Assembly (NCBI GenBank): GCA_902509695.1
Contig: CABWYP010000001.1
Location: forward strand, 31,932 to 95,931
Reading direction: 5' to 3'
DNA from: an uncultured Alphaproteobacteria bacterium
Lineage (GTDB): Bacteria; Pseudomonadota; Alphaproteobacteria; HIMB59
Length of the DNA stretch: 64,000 nt
The notes under the pieces: model-generated
Told to the model about the DNA's origin: nothing
The model's database searches: none
Seen by the model: the letters and a program-made list of their open reading frames with translations, nothing else
Program-made: the position numbers and the translations under genes
Part shown: positions 1 to 9,609 of the stretch, in pieces
How the letters are laid out: the number at the start of each line of letters is the position of its first letter
Position numbering within the stretch: position 1 is the stretch's first letter

Positions 1-162
1 TCAATGATTTAAAAAATTATATATCTAACAATCTAAACTTTGATTGTTTTTTTAAGGTAAAAAAAGACAATTATTCAAATAAAACTGTTATACATTTAGA
101 GGATATTCATTGATTGATTTTTTATTAAATCTAGATAATTTGTTTGTCTTAAATAAATCGAT

Positions 163-237
163 GTCTCCTTCGTCTAGCGGTTAGGACATCACCCTTTCAC
201 GGTGAAGACACGGGTTCGATTCCCGTAGGAGATGCCA
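163..237 (+). tRNA. tRNA-Glu (anticodon TTC)
   Basis: Acceptor stem GTCTCCT/AGGAGAT, D arm TCGTCTAGCGGTTAGGAC, anticodon arm TCACC-CTTTCAC-GGTGA, T arm ACGGG-TTCGATT-CCCGT, encoded CCA end. Confidence 0.97.
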
Positions 238-254
238 TATATTTATAAAATCAT

Positions 255-275
255 TTATTTCACATTATGAAATAA
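255..275. promoter_or_regulatory. Palindromic operator, IclR-family-like, upstream of sgaA
   Basis: TTATTTCA-CATTA-TGAAATAA inverted repeat; the core TTTCACATTATGAAA recurs with one difference at 5630-5644. Confidence 0.65.
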
Positions 276-336
276 TTATGTATTTTGATTAAGTTAATTA
301 GTATTCTTAAAATTTAAGAAAGGAAAAATATATAAA

Positions 337-1497
337 ATGCCAGGTAAAACTTCCCTTTTTGTTCCAGGGCCAACAAACATGCCAGATAGAGTCAGGCAAT
401 CAATGGACATATCAAATGAGGATCATCGCGCCCCAGGTATGGAAAAATTTTGGCATCCTCTAATTAGCGATTTAAGAAAAGTTTTTGAAACAGAATCTGG
501 TCAGCCCTTTGTTTTTCCAGGAACTGGTAGCAGTGGTTGGGAGGCTGCTTTAACAAATTTACTTAACAAAGGAGATAAAGTGCTATCTGCTAGATTTGGA
601 CAGTTTTCTCATTTATGGATTGAAATGTGTAAAAAACTACACATTGATGTAGAAGTAGTTGATGTGGACTGGGGTGGCGGAACCCCTCATGATGAATTTG
701 AAAAAATTCTCTCTGAAGATAACAACCATGAAATTAAAGCTGTTCTAATTACGCATAATGAAACTTCAACTGGTGTCACTAATAATGTCAGTGCTACTAG
801 AGATTTATTGAATAAACTAAATCATCCAGCACTTCTTTTTGTTGATGGTGTTAGCTCGATTGGTTCTATTAAGTTTGAAATGGACTCTTGGGGAGTTGAT
901 GTTGCCGTGTCAGGTTCGCAAAAAGGATTTATGCTTCCTGCAGGTTTAGCTATCAGTTGTGTCAGTCAAAAAGGTTTAGAAATTGCCAAGTCATCTAATC
1001 TACCAAGAGCTTACTTTGATTACCACGATATGATGAAAGTGAATGAAACAGGTTATTGGCCATATACAAATCCAATGCCACTTCTTAGAGGTTTAAGAGA
1101 GGCACTAAATATGATGATGGAGGAGGGCCTAGATAATATTTATTCACGACACCTTTTCCTAGCCCAAGCTGTACAAAAAGCAACTCAAGCCTGGGGACTT
1201 GAAATGTGTGCTAAAGACCAATCTCTTTACTCTAATACAGTTACAGCAATAATGGTCCCTGAGGGAATTGACTCTACTGATATAGTGAAAACAGCATATA
1301 ATAAATATAATACATCCTTTGGTGGCGGACTTAACAAAGTAGCTGGTAAATTATTTAGAATTGGCCATTTAGGTGACCTGAATAGTACGATGATTCTTGG
1401 GGCAATCTCTACAGCGGAATTAGCTATGTATGATGTAGGAATTAATTTTGAGTTAGGTAGTGGCGTTGCTGCAGCTATCAAACACCTAAAGATTTAA
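337..1497 (+). CDS. sgaA: Serine-glyoxylate aminotransferase (class V PLP)
   Basis: LFVPGPTN start, RFGQFSHLW, HNETSTGV, VDGVSSIG, PLP lysine in GSQKGFMLP, FRIGHLG; closer to SgaA than to BhcA by recalled motifs. Confidence 0.85.
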   Translation: MPGKTSLFVPGPTNMPDRVRQSMDISNEDHRAPGMEKFWHPLISDLRKVFETESGQPFVFPGTGSSGWEAALTNLLNKGDKVLSARFGQFSHLWIEMCKKLHIDVEVVDVDWGGGTPHDEFEKILSEDNNHEIKAVLITHNETSTGVTNNVSATRDLLNKLNHPALLFVDGVSSIGSIKFEMDSWGVDVAVSGSQKGFMLPAGLAISCVSQKGLEIAKSSNLPRAYFDYHDMMKVNETGYWPYTNPMPLLRGLREALNMMMEEGLDNIYSRHLFLAQAVQKATQAWGLEMCAKDQSLYSNTVTAIMVPEGIDSTDIVKTAYNKYNTSFGGGLNKVAGKLFRIGHLGDLNSTMILGAISTAELAMYDVGINFELGSGVAAAIKHLKI

Positions 1498-1499
1498 TC

Positions 1500-2480
1500 A
1501 TGAAAATTTGTATTTACGGAGCTGGTGCTATTGGAGGATATCTTGGAGCAAAACTTACCGAGATAGGTGCAGACGTTACTTTAATCGCTAGAGGTCCTCA
1601 TTATGAGGCTATTCGACAAGATGGTCTTCGACTAAGAAAAGACGGTAAAGAACTAGTTGTCTATCCTAAATGCGTTGATACTGCCGAGAAGGCAGGAAAG
1701 CAAGATTATATCTTTGTGACACTTAAAGCTCACTCAGTACCTGGTTGCCTAGATGCTTTTGAAGTTTTAATGAAAGATGACACATCTTTCGTTTGGGGAG
1801 TCAATGGTATACCTTGGTGGTACTTCCACAATCATGAGAACCCCGAATATAAAAACAAAAAAGTTTTATCTGTTGACTCAGATGGTAGTCAATGGAGTCG
1901 TATAGGTCCTGAAAAAATTATAGGATGCATAGTAAACCCTGCATCAGAAGTTATCAAACCAGGTGTCATTCAACATTTGGAAGGAGACAAATTTCAGTTA
2001 GGTGAAATAAATGGCGAAGAAACTGATCGAATAAAAAATCTATCAAGCACCTTAGAACAGGCGGGCTTCCAAGCACCTATAAGACCAAATATTAAAGGTG
2101 ATATCTGGTTAAAACTCTTTGGTAATTTATCCTTGAATCCTATTAGCTCATTGACTACATCTACTTTAGTAAAAATTTGTAGTGACCAAGAAGTAAGAAA
2201 CGTTGTCAAAAATATGATGAATGAGGCTCATGCAATCTCAAAAAGTTTAGGGATTGAAAAACCATTTGATGTTGAAAGAAGAATCGATGCTGCTAAAGCA
2301 GTAGGCGAACACAAAACCTCAATGCTTCAAGATCTTGAAAGAGACAGACCAATGGAAATAGACGCACTCATCTCTTCTGTACAGGAATTAGGTCAAATTA
2401 CAAATATTCCTACACCAACCATCGATACTGTTTTAGCTCTTGTAAAACTTAGGGCCAAAGAAGCAAAATTATATAAGTAA
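1500..2480 (+). CDS. panE: 2-dehydropantoate reductase family (PanE2-like, candidate oxalyl-CoA reductase)
   Basis: GAGAIGG Rossmann motif, NGIPWWYF, IWLKLFGN, KTSMLQD..RPMEID; 2 nt after sgaA. Confidence 0.8.
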   Translation: MKICIYGAGAIGGYLGAKLTEIGADVTLIARGPHYEAIRQDGLRLRKDGKELVVYPKCVDTAEKAGKQDYIFVTLKAHSVPGCLDAFEVLMKDDTSFVWGVNGIPWWYFHNHENPEYKNKKVLSVDSDGSQWSRIGPEKIIGCIVNPASEVIKPGVIQHLEGDKFQLGEINGEETDRIKNLSSTLEQAGFQAPIRPNIKGDIWLKLFGNLSLNPISSLTTSTLVKICSDQEVRNVVKNMMNEAHAISKSLGIEKPFDVERRIDAAKAVGEHKTSMLQDLERDRPMEIDALISSVQELGQITNIPTPTIDTVLALVKLRAKEAKLYK

Positions 2481-2484
2481 GTTT

Positions 2485-3357
2485 TTAGTCTAAAGCTTTT
2501 TTTATTGTTTCGCCTAATTTAGCTGGTGATTTTGAAATATGTACTCCTGCATTTTCTAATGCATTAAACTTAGACTCCGCAGTTCCCTTACCGCCAGAAA
2601 TAATAGCTCCAGCGTGTCCCATTCTCTTACCCGCTGGCGCACTAGCTCCAGCTATAAAAGAAGCTACAGGCTTTTTAATTTTAGATTGCATAAGAAAATC
2701 TGCAGCTTCCTCTTCAGCAGTTCCACCAATTTCACCAATCATAATGATACCCTCTGTTTCAGGGTCTTTTAAAAATAAATCTAAGCAATCAATAAAATTT
2801 GTTCCATTAATTGGATCTCCGCCTATACCAATACAAGTCGATTGTCCTAAACCTACAGCACTAGTCTGAGCAACTGCTTCATAAGTCAAGGTACCTGAAC
2901 GACTAACTACACCAATCCTTCCTTTTTGGTGAATATGACCTGGCATAATACCAATTTTGCATTCATCAGGTGTAATAATCCCAGGACAATTGGGTCCTAT
3001 TAATCTCGATTTTGAATTTTCTAATTTTCTTTTTACCTGCATCATATCAAGCACTGGAACGCCCTCAGTAATGCAAACTATGAGTTCTATTTGAGCGTCT
3101 ATTGCTTCTATAATGGCACCAGCCGCAAATGGAGGAGGGACATAGATTACTGTTGCATTAGCTTCAGTATTCTCCTTAGCCTCTTTTACAGTGTTAAAGA
3201 CTGGAAGCCCTAAGTGTTCTTGCCCTCCTTTTTTTGGAGTGACCCCTCCAACCATGTGGGTACCATATTTTATTGCTTGTTCTGAGTGAAAAGTTCCTTG
3301 TGATCCAGTAAATCCCTGACATATAACTTTAGTTTGTTTATTTATTAATACTGACAT
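2485..3357 (-). CDS. sucD: Succinyl-CoA synthetase alpha subunit
   Basis: [27 protein letters not shown], phospho-His motif RMGHAGA. Confidence 0.95.
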   Translation of the reverse strand: MSVLINKQTKVICQGFTGSQGTFHSEQAIKYGTHMVGGVTPKKGGQEHLGLPVFNTVKEAKENTEANATVIYVPPPFAAGAIIEAIDAQIELIVCITEGVPVLDMMQVKRKLENSKSRLIGPNCPGIITPDECKIGIMPGHIHQKGRIGVVSRSGTLTYEAVAQTSAVGLGQSTCIGIGGDPINGTNFIDCLDLFLKDPETEGIIMIGEIGGTAEEEAADFLMQSKIKKPVASFIAGASAPAGKRMGHAGAIISGGKGTAESKFNALENAGVHISKSPAKLGETIKKALD

Positions 3358-3367
3358 GATTACTCCT

Positions 3368-4555
3368 TTAGCTCAAAGCTCCTACAGCTTTTTGAGCCGC
3401 ATCTTCTAAATTATCTGCAGATATTATTGCGAGACCTGATTTGTTAAGTATATCTTTTCCCAATTCAACATTTGTGCCCTCAAGTCTAACAACAAGAGGC
3501 ACTTTAATTGAAAGTTCTTTAGCCGCTGCTACAACACCCTCTGCAATAATATCGCATTTCATTATTCCACCAAAAATATTGACTAATATAACTTTGACAT
3601 TTGTATCTTGAAGTATGATGGAAAAAGCTTTTGCTACTCTCTCTTTTGTTGCACCACCCCCAACATCAAGAAAGTTAGCAGGACTTCCACCATGTAGCTT
3701 AATAATGTCCATGGTTCCCATTGCAAGTCCGGCACCGTTTACCATACAACCTATACTCCCATTTAATTTAATATAATTTAACTCATGTTTGGATGCTTCA
3801 ACTTCTGCTGCATCCTCTTCTGTCTCATCTCTCATTTCAGCTATGTCTTTATGTTTGTATAAAGCATTATCATCAATAGATACTTTTGCATCTAGAGCTA
3901 GAAAATTATTTTCGTTTGTTAAAACAAAAGGATTTACCTCAACCAAAGAGGCATCCATGGATAAAAAACTTTTATATATTTTTTGTATTTGGTCAGAAAA
4001 ATCATTTGATTGGCTTTCAGTAATTCCAAGTCCTTCGATGAGTTTTGACATGCTATCTTGATCTATTTGAGAGTCACCTGGAACATTTACAGTGATAATT
4101 TTTTCAGGTTCTTTTTCTGCTACCTCTTCAATTTCCATCCCCCCTTCAGTTGAGGAAATAATTGAGACTGTTGAGGTCGACCGATCAACTAGCATGCTTA
4201 AATAAAATTCTTTTTTAATATTACAACCCTCTTCAATGTAAAGTCGGTTCACGACTTTACCAATAGGCCCAGTTTGTTTAGTTACTAACGTTTTGCCTAA
4301 CATTTTGAGAGCATTTTCTTTGGCCTCTTCCAAAGAAAAACAAACTCTGACTCCACCTTTATCATCGCCACTATCTATGAATTTACCAGCACCTCTTCCG
4401 CCAGCATGGATCTGAGACTTAACAACCATAACAGATGTTTTAATAATGTTTTCTATTTTATTAATATCGTCAGTTTCTAAAATTGGCATTCCATTCAATA
4501 CACGCACATCATTTTTTTTTAATAAAGTTTTAGCTTGGTACTCATGTAAATTCAT
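3368..4555 (-). CDS. sucC: Succinyl-CoA synthetase beta subunit
   Basis: [49 protein letters not shown]. Confidence 0.95.
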   Translation of the reverse strand: MNLHEYQAKTLLKKNDVRVLNGMPILETDDINKIENIIKTSVMVVKSQIHAGGRGAGKFIDSGDDKGGVRVCFSLEEAKENALKMLGKTLVTKQTGPIGKVVNRLYIEEGCNIKKEFYLSMLVDRSTSTVSIISSTEGGMEIEEVAEKEPEKIITVNVPGDSQIDQDSMSKLIEGLGITESQSNDFSDQIQKIYKSFLSMDASLVEVNPFVLTNENNFLALDAKVSIDDNALYKHKDIAEMRDETEEDAAEVEASKHELNYIKLNGSIGCMVNGAGLAMGTMDIIKLHGGSPANFLDVGGGATKERVAKAFSIILQDTNVKVILVNIFGGIMKCDIIAEGVVAAAKELSIKVPLVVRLEGTNVELGKDILNKSGLAIISADNLEDAAQKAVGALS

Positions 4556-5526
4556 GATCGTCCTCCTTTTATATCTAAAATAATCTTTCCAATATGATTT
4601 GATGACTCCATTAACTTGTGAGCCAAATTAGCATCCTCCATTTTGAAAGTTTTATAAATTGTTGGTTTATATTTACCTTGTTCTATTAAAGGCCAAATAT
4701 TTCTCAAGACTTGATCAACAATTTTACCTTTATCCTTTGATGTTCTTGATCTAAGAGTAGACCCAGAAATTTTTAGTTGTTTAGTCATTATGTATAATAG
4801 ATTTACTTCAGATTTTATACTTTCTAGCGCTGCGATATAAGTCAGACGACCGCTTAAGTTCAAAATTTTTAAATTTTTTTTTAAATATGATCCACCAACC
4901 ATATCTAAAATGACATCAACTTTAATTTTATTATCTTCAAAATATTTTTCAAAATCTAAGTTTTTGTAATTAATGGCATCGGTTGCTCCTAGATTAATAC
5001 ATTTTTGACACTTCTCATCAGTTCCAGCAGTAACATAAATATCATTAGTAAAATTTTTCAACAAAGATATAGCAGTTGTACCTATTCCACTACTTCCCCC
5101 ATGTATCAAAATTTTTTCACCTTCTCTAAAATTAGAAATATTAAAAATATTTTCATAAACAGTAAGTAAGGTCTCAGGTAAAGCACCCGCATCGATAAGG
5201 CTTATATTTTTAGGAACAGGCAAAACCTGTCTCTCGTCAACATTAACAAATTCTGCATATCCACCACCACCAAGGATTGCGCAAACTTCGTCTCCAACTT
5301 TAAATTTTTGAACTGTGTCTCCAATTTTTTCAACTATACCTGAACATTCAAGACCAATAATTTCACTCTCTCCTTTAGGGGGAGGGTAGTGCCCTTTTTT
5401 TTGAAGGATATCTGCTCTGTTGACTCCGCTTGAAGATACTTTGATTTGTATTTGATTATCTATTGGGTCTGCAATTAAACCCTCATCTAAAAAAAGTTCT
5501 TCATTTTTGTAATTTATAAATTTCAA
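4552..5526 (-). CDS. NAD(P)H:quinone oxidoreductase, MDR/PIG3 family
   Basis: GVNRADILQKKGHYPPP, IHGGSSGIGT, HIGKIIL; TTG start with SD GAGGTAGG; overlaps the sucC start by 4 nt. Confidence 0.88.
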   Translation of the reverse strand: MKFINYKNEELFLDEGLIADPIDNQIQIKVSSSGVNRADILQKKGHYPPPKGESEIIGLECSGIVEKIGDTVQKFKVGDEVCAILGGGGYAEFVNVDERQVLPVPKNISLIDAGALPETLLTVYENIFNISNFREGEKILIHGGSSGIGTTAISLLKNFTNDIYVTAGTDEKCQKCINLGATDAINYKNLDFEKYFEDNKIKVDVILDMVGGSYLKKNLKILNLSGRLTYIAALESIKSEVNLLYIMTKQLKISGSTLRSRTSKDKGKIVDQVLRNIWPLIEQGKYKPTIYKTFKMEDANLAHKLMESSNHIGKIILDIKGGRS

Positions 5527-5543
5527 TTCCTACCTCTGATCTC

Positions 5544-5560
5544 TGGTATACATTATACAA
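5544..5560. promoter_or_regulatory. GntR/FadR-type operator (copy 1)
   Basis: TGGTATA-CAT-TATACAA; 17 identical bp (TCTGGTATACATTATAC) shared with 9574-9590. Confidence 0.75.
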
Positions 5561-5594
5561 ATATTAAAAACAATTCCTCTTATCAAGGAGTTTA

Positions 5595-5611
5595 AATCAT
5601 ATTGTATACCA
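5595..5611 (-). promoter_or_regulatory. Partial GntR-type operator
   Basis: Minus strand reads TGGTATACAATATGATT, 12/17 identical to the perfect box. Confidence 0.45.
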
Positions 5612-5628
5612 AAGCTTATTTTTCGAAT

Positions 5629-5645
5629 GTTTCATATTATGAAAC
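5629..5645. promoter_or_regulatory. Palindromic operator, IclR-family-like, upstream of tctC
   Basis: Perfect palindrome GTTTCATA-T-TATGAAAC; fits the recalled IclR-type consensus GKTYCRY-W3-RYGRAMC. Confidence 0.7.
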
Positions 5646-5726
5646 TACGTTAAATTTTTTTTATACAATTTTTTTTAAATAGTCTATGCTAATCCTTCAT
5701 AATATTTAAACCTAGGAGGAAATAAT

Positions 5727-6704
5727 ATGACAATTATTAAAAAACTAGCATTAGTTGTTGTCTCACTTTCACTTGTAGCTGTTAGCTCAGTTTCTTCTGC
5801 TAAACCTTTTAGCCCGAAGAAGCCTATCGAGCTTATTATTCCAGCTGGACAAGGTGGAGGAGCTGACGAGATCGCAAGACTTGTGCAAGGTGTTATCGAA
5901 AAAAATGACTACGCTTCAAAGCCCGTGATTCCAATTAATAAAAAAGGAGGATCAGGTGGTGAAGCTATGACTTATGTTAAGAAAAAAGCTGGTGATGAGC
6001 ACACACTTATCATTACTCTTAACAACGTTTTAACTACACCTGTTAACCAGCCTGAGTTAGGAATTGACTTCTTCAATGACTTCACTCCATTAGCAAGACT
6101 TATCACAGATACATTCTTGGTATGGATTGCTACAGAGGGTAAAAACACTGCCGGCATAAATACTTTTGATGAGTTTATTGATCTGGCAAAAGGTAATGGC
6201 CTTGTAATGGGTGGTACAGGAAGTATGTCAGAAGATGAACTTCTTCTTGGTATGATGAGAGGTCAGTTTGGATTTGATGCAAAGTACGTACCATATGACG
6301 GTGGTGGTGCTGTTGCAAAGGGACTAGTTGGCGGTGAGTCAGACTTCACACTAAACAATCCTTCTGAGCAAATGGGTTTCTATCAATCAGGTGACTCAAA
6401 AGCATTAGTTATGATGACTCCTGAGAGAAATCCTGCATTTCCAGAGGTTCCTTCTTCATATGAATTAGGTTATCCTGATCTTGAGTACTACATGATGAGA
6501 GCTTTTATGGCTCCTGCTGGTGTTGATGCAGAAGTGGAAAAGTACTACACAGGACTTCTTCACACTGTTTATCATGATGACGAGTTCCAAACTTTCAACA
6601 TCGATGATGGAAAGTTAATGAGCTGGTTAGAGGGATATGGTCTTAAGGATTTCTTAGCAATTGAATACGCTAAACACGGTGAGATCATCAAAAACTTTGA
6701 CTAA
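5727..6704 (+). CDS. tctC: Tripartite tricarboxylate transporter substrate-binding protein (Bug/TctC)
   Basis: Signal peptide, P.KPIELIIPAGQGGGAD, NKKGGSGG, YVPYDGGG; strong SD AGGAGG. Confidence 0.9.
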   Translation: MTIIKKLALVVVSLSLVAVSSVSSAKPFSPKKPIELIIPAGQGGGADEIARLVQGVIEKNDYASKPVIPINKKGGSGGEAMTYVKKKAGDEHTLIITLNNVLTTPVNQPELGIDFFNDFTPLARLITDTFLVWIATEGKNTAGINTFDEFIDLAKGNGLVMGGTGSMSEDELLLGMMRGQFGFDAKYVPYDGGGAVAKGLVGGESDFTLNNPSEQMGFYQSGDSKALVMMTPERNPAFPEVPSSYELGYPDLEYYMMRAFMAPAGVDAEVEKYYTGLLHTVYHDDEFQTFNIDDGKLMSWLEGYGLKDFLAIEYAKHGEIIKNFD

Positions 6705-6724
6705 TATTTAATTCTGAGCGAATA

Positions 6725-7339
6725 TTGAGCATAGTTACTAAATTTACAGTAAGAAGAGCAGAAATAACTGTCGCTGTAATTTTAGCACTGTGCTCAGTCG
6801 CTCTTATGTGGAAGAGTGCACAAAATAGAATTACTTGGAGTGCTGAAGAAAATATGGGAGCTGGGTTTATTCCCTTTTATCTTTCATTGGGCATGTTCAT
6901 TTGCACTGTAATTACCATCATTAAATTTTTTTTAAAAAGATCTCTTCAATCCACAAATAACGAGCCTTTTATTGATCCTGAGGCTTTTAAGTTTGTATCT
7001 GTTACTATAATTTCACTTGTAGTTTTAGTTTTTGCTATTGGATATTTGGGAATTTATTTTTCTTTAATTTTTTTCTTAGCTTTCTATTTAAAATATTTTA
7101 GTGAAAAAAGTAATTCATTTATTCTTATATTTTCTTTAACAACTCCTATCTTGACTTTTTTATTTTTTGAGTGGTTGTTAAAAATTCCTTTACCTCAAGG
7201 TATATCTGAACCTTTATTTTATCCAGTTTACGATGTTATGTATGGCTCAAGTTCATTATTTATGATTTGGATATATATAATTGCGACTGTACTTTCACCA
7301 TCTGTCCTAGTCCTTCTAGCTAACAGATTCATAAAATAA
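6725..7339 (+). CDS. tctB: TTT small membrane subunit TctB
   Basis: Hydrophobic, GAGFIPF and FEWLLKIPLPQG motifs; lies between tctC and tctA. Confidence 0.85.
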   Translation: MSIVTKFTVRRAEITVAVILALCSVALMWKSAQNRITWSAEENMGAGFIPFYLSLGMFICTVITIIKFFLKRSLQSTNNEPFIDPEAFKFVSVTIISLVVLVFAIGYLGIYFSLIFFLAFYLKYFSEKSNSFILIFSLTTPILTFLFFEWLLKIPLPQGISEPLFYPVYDVMYGSSSLFMIWIYIIATVLSPSVLVLLANRFIK

Positions 7340-7365
7340 TTTATGAAGAAAGGTAAATAAATCAT

Positions 7366-8880
7366 ATGGAAACTTTTACTTTACTTCTTCAAGGTATGGC
7401 CACATCATTTGAATTTTTAAATTTAGGCCTTTTGATATTTGGTTGTCTTATAGGCCTATTTGTTGGAGCTATGCCAGGCCTAGGTTCAGTCAATGGTGTT
7501 GCTATATTGATTCCGATTACTTTTATTGTGCCACCTACAGCTGCAATTATTTTTTTAGCTGCAGTTTATTATGGAGCAATGTACGGAGGTGCGATAAGTT
7601 CTGTGATGCTAGGTATACCTGGTGCATCAACTGCCGTAGCCACAGTTTTTGATGGAAGACCTTTAGCTGTAAAGGGTGAGGCGATGACTGCCCTCACAGC
7701 AGCAGCCGTGGGCTCGTTTGTAGGTGGAACTGTGTCTGTAATCTTATTCACTTTATTTGCACCACCACTTGCTGAAGTAGCATTGAGATTTAATGCTCCC
7801 GAAACTTTTGCTTTAATGGTTATGGCTTTTGCAACTTTTGTTGGCCTGGGTGGTGATGATATCCCTAAAACAATTTTCTCTATTTTAATTGGACTAGTTT
7901 TATCAACAATAGGACTAGACTTAATTACTGGTAAGCCCCGCTTAATATTTTTCGGCATACCGGGTTTCCTTCATGGAATAAATTTCTTAGTTCTAGCCAT
8001 AGGTATTTATGGAATAGGAGAGATGCTTTGGACTCTTGAAGAAACTAAAGGAAAAGTTCAAATGTCTAAGCTTTCTGTAAATATGAAAGAAATCGGAAAA
8101 GCATTTTCTGCATTAAAAAAGACATTTATGGCAATGAATATAGGGTCTTTTTTAGGATTTTTTGTAGGCATTTTGCCTGCTGCAGGTGCTACACCTGCTT
8201 CACTAATGTCTTATGGTATAACAAAGCAACTTTCGAGGAACTCAAAAGAATTTGGCTCAGGGGTTCCCGCAGGTGTAGTTGCCCCAGAGTGTGCGAATAA
8301 TTCTGCCAGCACTGGAAGTATGTTGCCCATGTTAACTCTTGGTATTCCCGGATCTCCTACTACCGCAATCCTTTTGGGAGGAATGATACTTTGGGGCTTA
8401 ACTCCAGGGCCTTTATTATTTACACAACAACCAGAATTTGTCTGGGGGTTAATTGGAAGTCTTTATATCGCAAATTTTTTCACTCTTGTCTTAAACATTG
8501 CTTTAATACCAGCTTTCTTAATGGTTCTCAGAATTCCTTTTGCCATATTAGCTCCAGTGATATTTGTTTTGTGCGTAACTGGTGGTTACGCACCGACGCA
8601 AAGCCTTCATGATGTTTGGTTGATGTTATTGTTTGGATTTGGGGGATATATGCTAAGAAAATTAGATTATCCTGTAGCCCCAGCTGTCTTATCGATCGTT
8701 TTGGGTCCTCTGGCTGAGAAAGCTATGAGACAATCGTTAATTCTATCAGACGGTAGTATGGGCATCTTTTTTGACTTTTCATCAAAACCGATTGCGGCAA
8801 CAATAATGTATATCGCAATTGTTTTATTGATAATGCCTGCGATCGGACCTCTTTATAGAAAATTTTTTAAAAAGGCATAA
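7366..8880 (+). CDS. tctA: TTT large permease TctA
   Basis: GAMPGLG, YYGAMYGG, GIPG, APECANN, LTLGIPGS motifs. Confidence 0.93.
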   Translation: METFTLLLQGMATSFEFLNLGLLIFGCLIGLFVGAMPGLGSVNGVAILIPITFIVPPTAAIIFLAAVYYGAMYGGAISSVMLGIPGASTAVATVFDGRPLAVKGEAMTALTAAAVGSFVGGTVSVILFTLFAPPLAEVALRFNAPETFALMVMAFATFVGLGGDDIPKTIFSILIGLVLSTIGLDLITGKPRLIFFGIPGFLHGINFLVLAIGIYGIGEMLWTLEETKGKVQMSKLSVNMKEIGKAFSALKKTFMAMNIGSFLGFFVGILPAAGATPASLMSYGITKQLSRNSKEFGSGVPAGVVAPECANNSASTGSMLPMLTLGIPGSPTTAILLGGMILWGLTPGPLLFTQQPEFVWGLIGSLYIANFFTLVLNIALIPAFLMVLRIPFAILAPVIFVLCVTGGYAPTQSLHDVWLMLLFGFGGYMLRKLDYPVAPAVLSIVLGPLAEKAMRQSLILSDGSMGIFFDFSSKPIAATIMYIAIVLLIMPAIGPLYRKFFKKA

Positions 8881-8886
8881 CTTAAG

Positions 8887-9546
8887 ATGATCCAAAAAAT
8901 TGGAGCTATAAATTTAAAAAGTAAAGTTTATGAAGCACTAAAAAAATATATTTTATCATTAAATATTTATTTAAAAGAAACAGACTTTCATCTAGATGAG
9001 AGGCAGTTATCAGAAAAATTAGGTGTAAGTAGGACACCAATCAGAGAAGCAATCGCAAAATTAGAACAAGAAGGTATTGTAAGGACTGTTCCCAGGAGAG
9101 GAGTCTTTGTTCACAGGAAATCTAAAAAAGAACTTATTGATATTGTTACTGTTTGGGCAGGCTTAGAAGGATATGCTGCTCACCTTATTATTCAAAACTC
9201 AAAAAAAGAGGAAATTGAAGTTTTAAATAAGTATTGTCAATATTCAAAAAAAAATGTTCTTTCTGATTTAGATAATTATTCAAATGATAATATAAAGTTT
9301 CATGAACATATTATGAAATTAACCAAAGTAAAACTAATGGGGCAAATTCTAGAATCGCAGTTAATACACCTTCAATACTTAAGGAAAAAATTTATAATAG
9401 AGTCTAATAGATCTATTCAATCAATAGATGAACATAACGAAATAGTAAAATCTCTTGTCGCAGGCCAGTCTGTAAAAGCTGAAAAACTTCTTAAAAATCA
9501 TGCTTTAACATTAGTTGATAAGATTGAAGAAAGTATTAATTCTTAG
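8887..9546 (+). CDS. GntR-family regulator (FCD domain)
   Basis: wHTH DERQLSEKLGVSRTPIREA..LEQEG..PRRGVFV; FCD His motifs NIKFHE, EHNEI, NH. Confidence 0.92.
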   Translation: MIQKIGAINLKSKVYEALKKYILSLNIYLKETDFHLDERQLSEKLGVSRTPIREAIAKLEQEGIVRTVPRRGVFVHRKSKKELIDIVTVWAGLEGYAAHLIIQNSKKEEIEVLNKYCQYSKKNVLSDLDNYSNDNIKFHEHIMKLTKVKLMGQILESQLIHLQYLRKKFIIESNRSIQSIDEHNEIVKSLVAGQSVKAEKLLKNHALTLVDKIEESINS

Positions 9547-9575
9547 CCCAATAATCTTTGAAACTTAGCTAAATC

Positions 9576-9592
9576 TGGTATACATTATACCA
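9576..9592. promoter_or_regulatory. GntR/FadR-type operator (copy 2, perfect)
   Basis: Perfect inverted repeat TGGTATA-CAT-TATACCA, 17 nt upstream of the ThDP enzyme start. Confidence 0.8.
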
Positions 9593-9609
9593 CCAGAGAG
9601 AGGTTAAAT

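Noticed and set aside
163-237. tRNA-Glu as an integration site for a genomic island
   Set aside because: No integrase, and I saw no repeat of the tRNA 3' end in the window (by eye, not an exhaustive search).
2485-4555. Malate thiokinase mtkAB of a serine cycle, suggested by the nearby sgaA
   Set aside because: Motifs ([27 protein letters not shown]) fit SucD better than recalled MtkB (QGITG, GPNCAG, TLGYEA); no mcl, hpr or ppc in the window.
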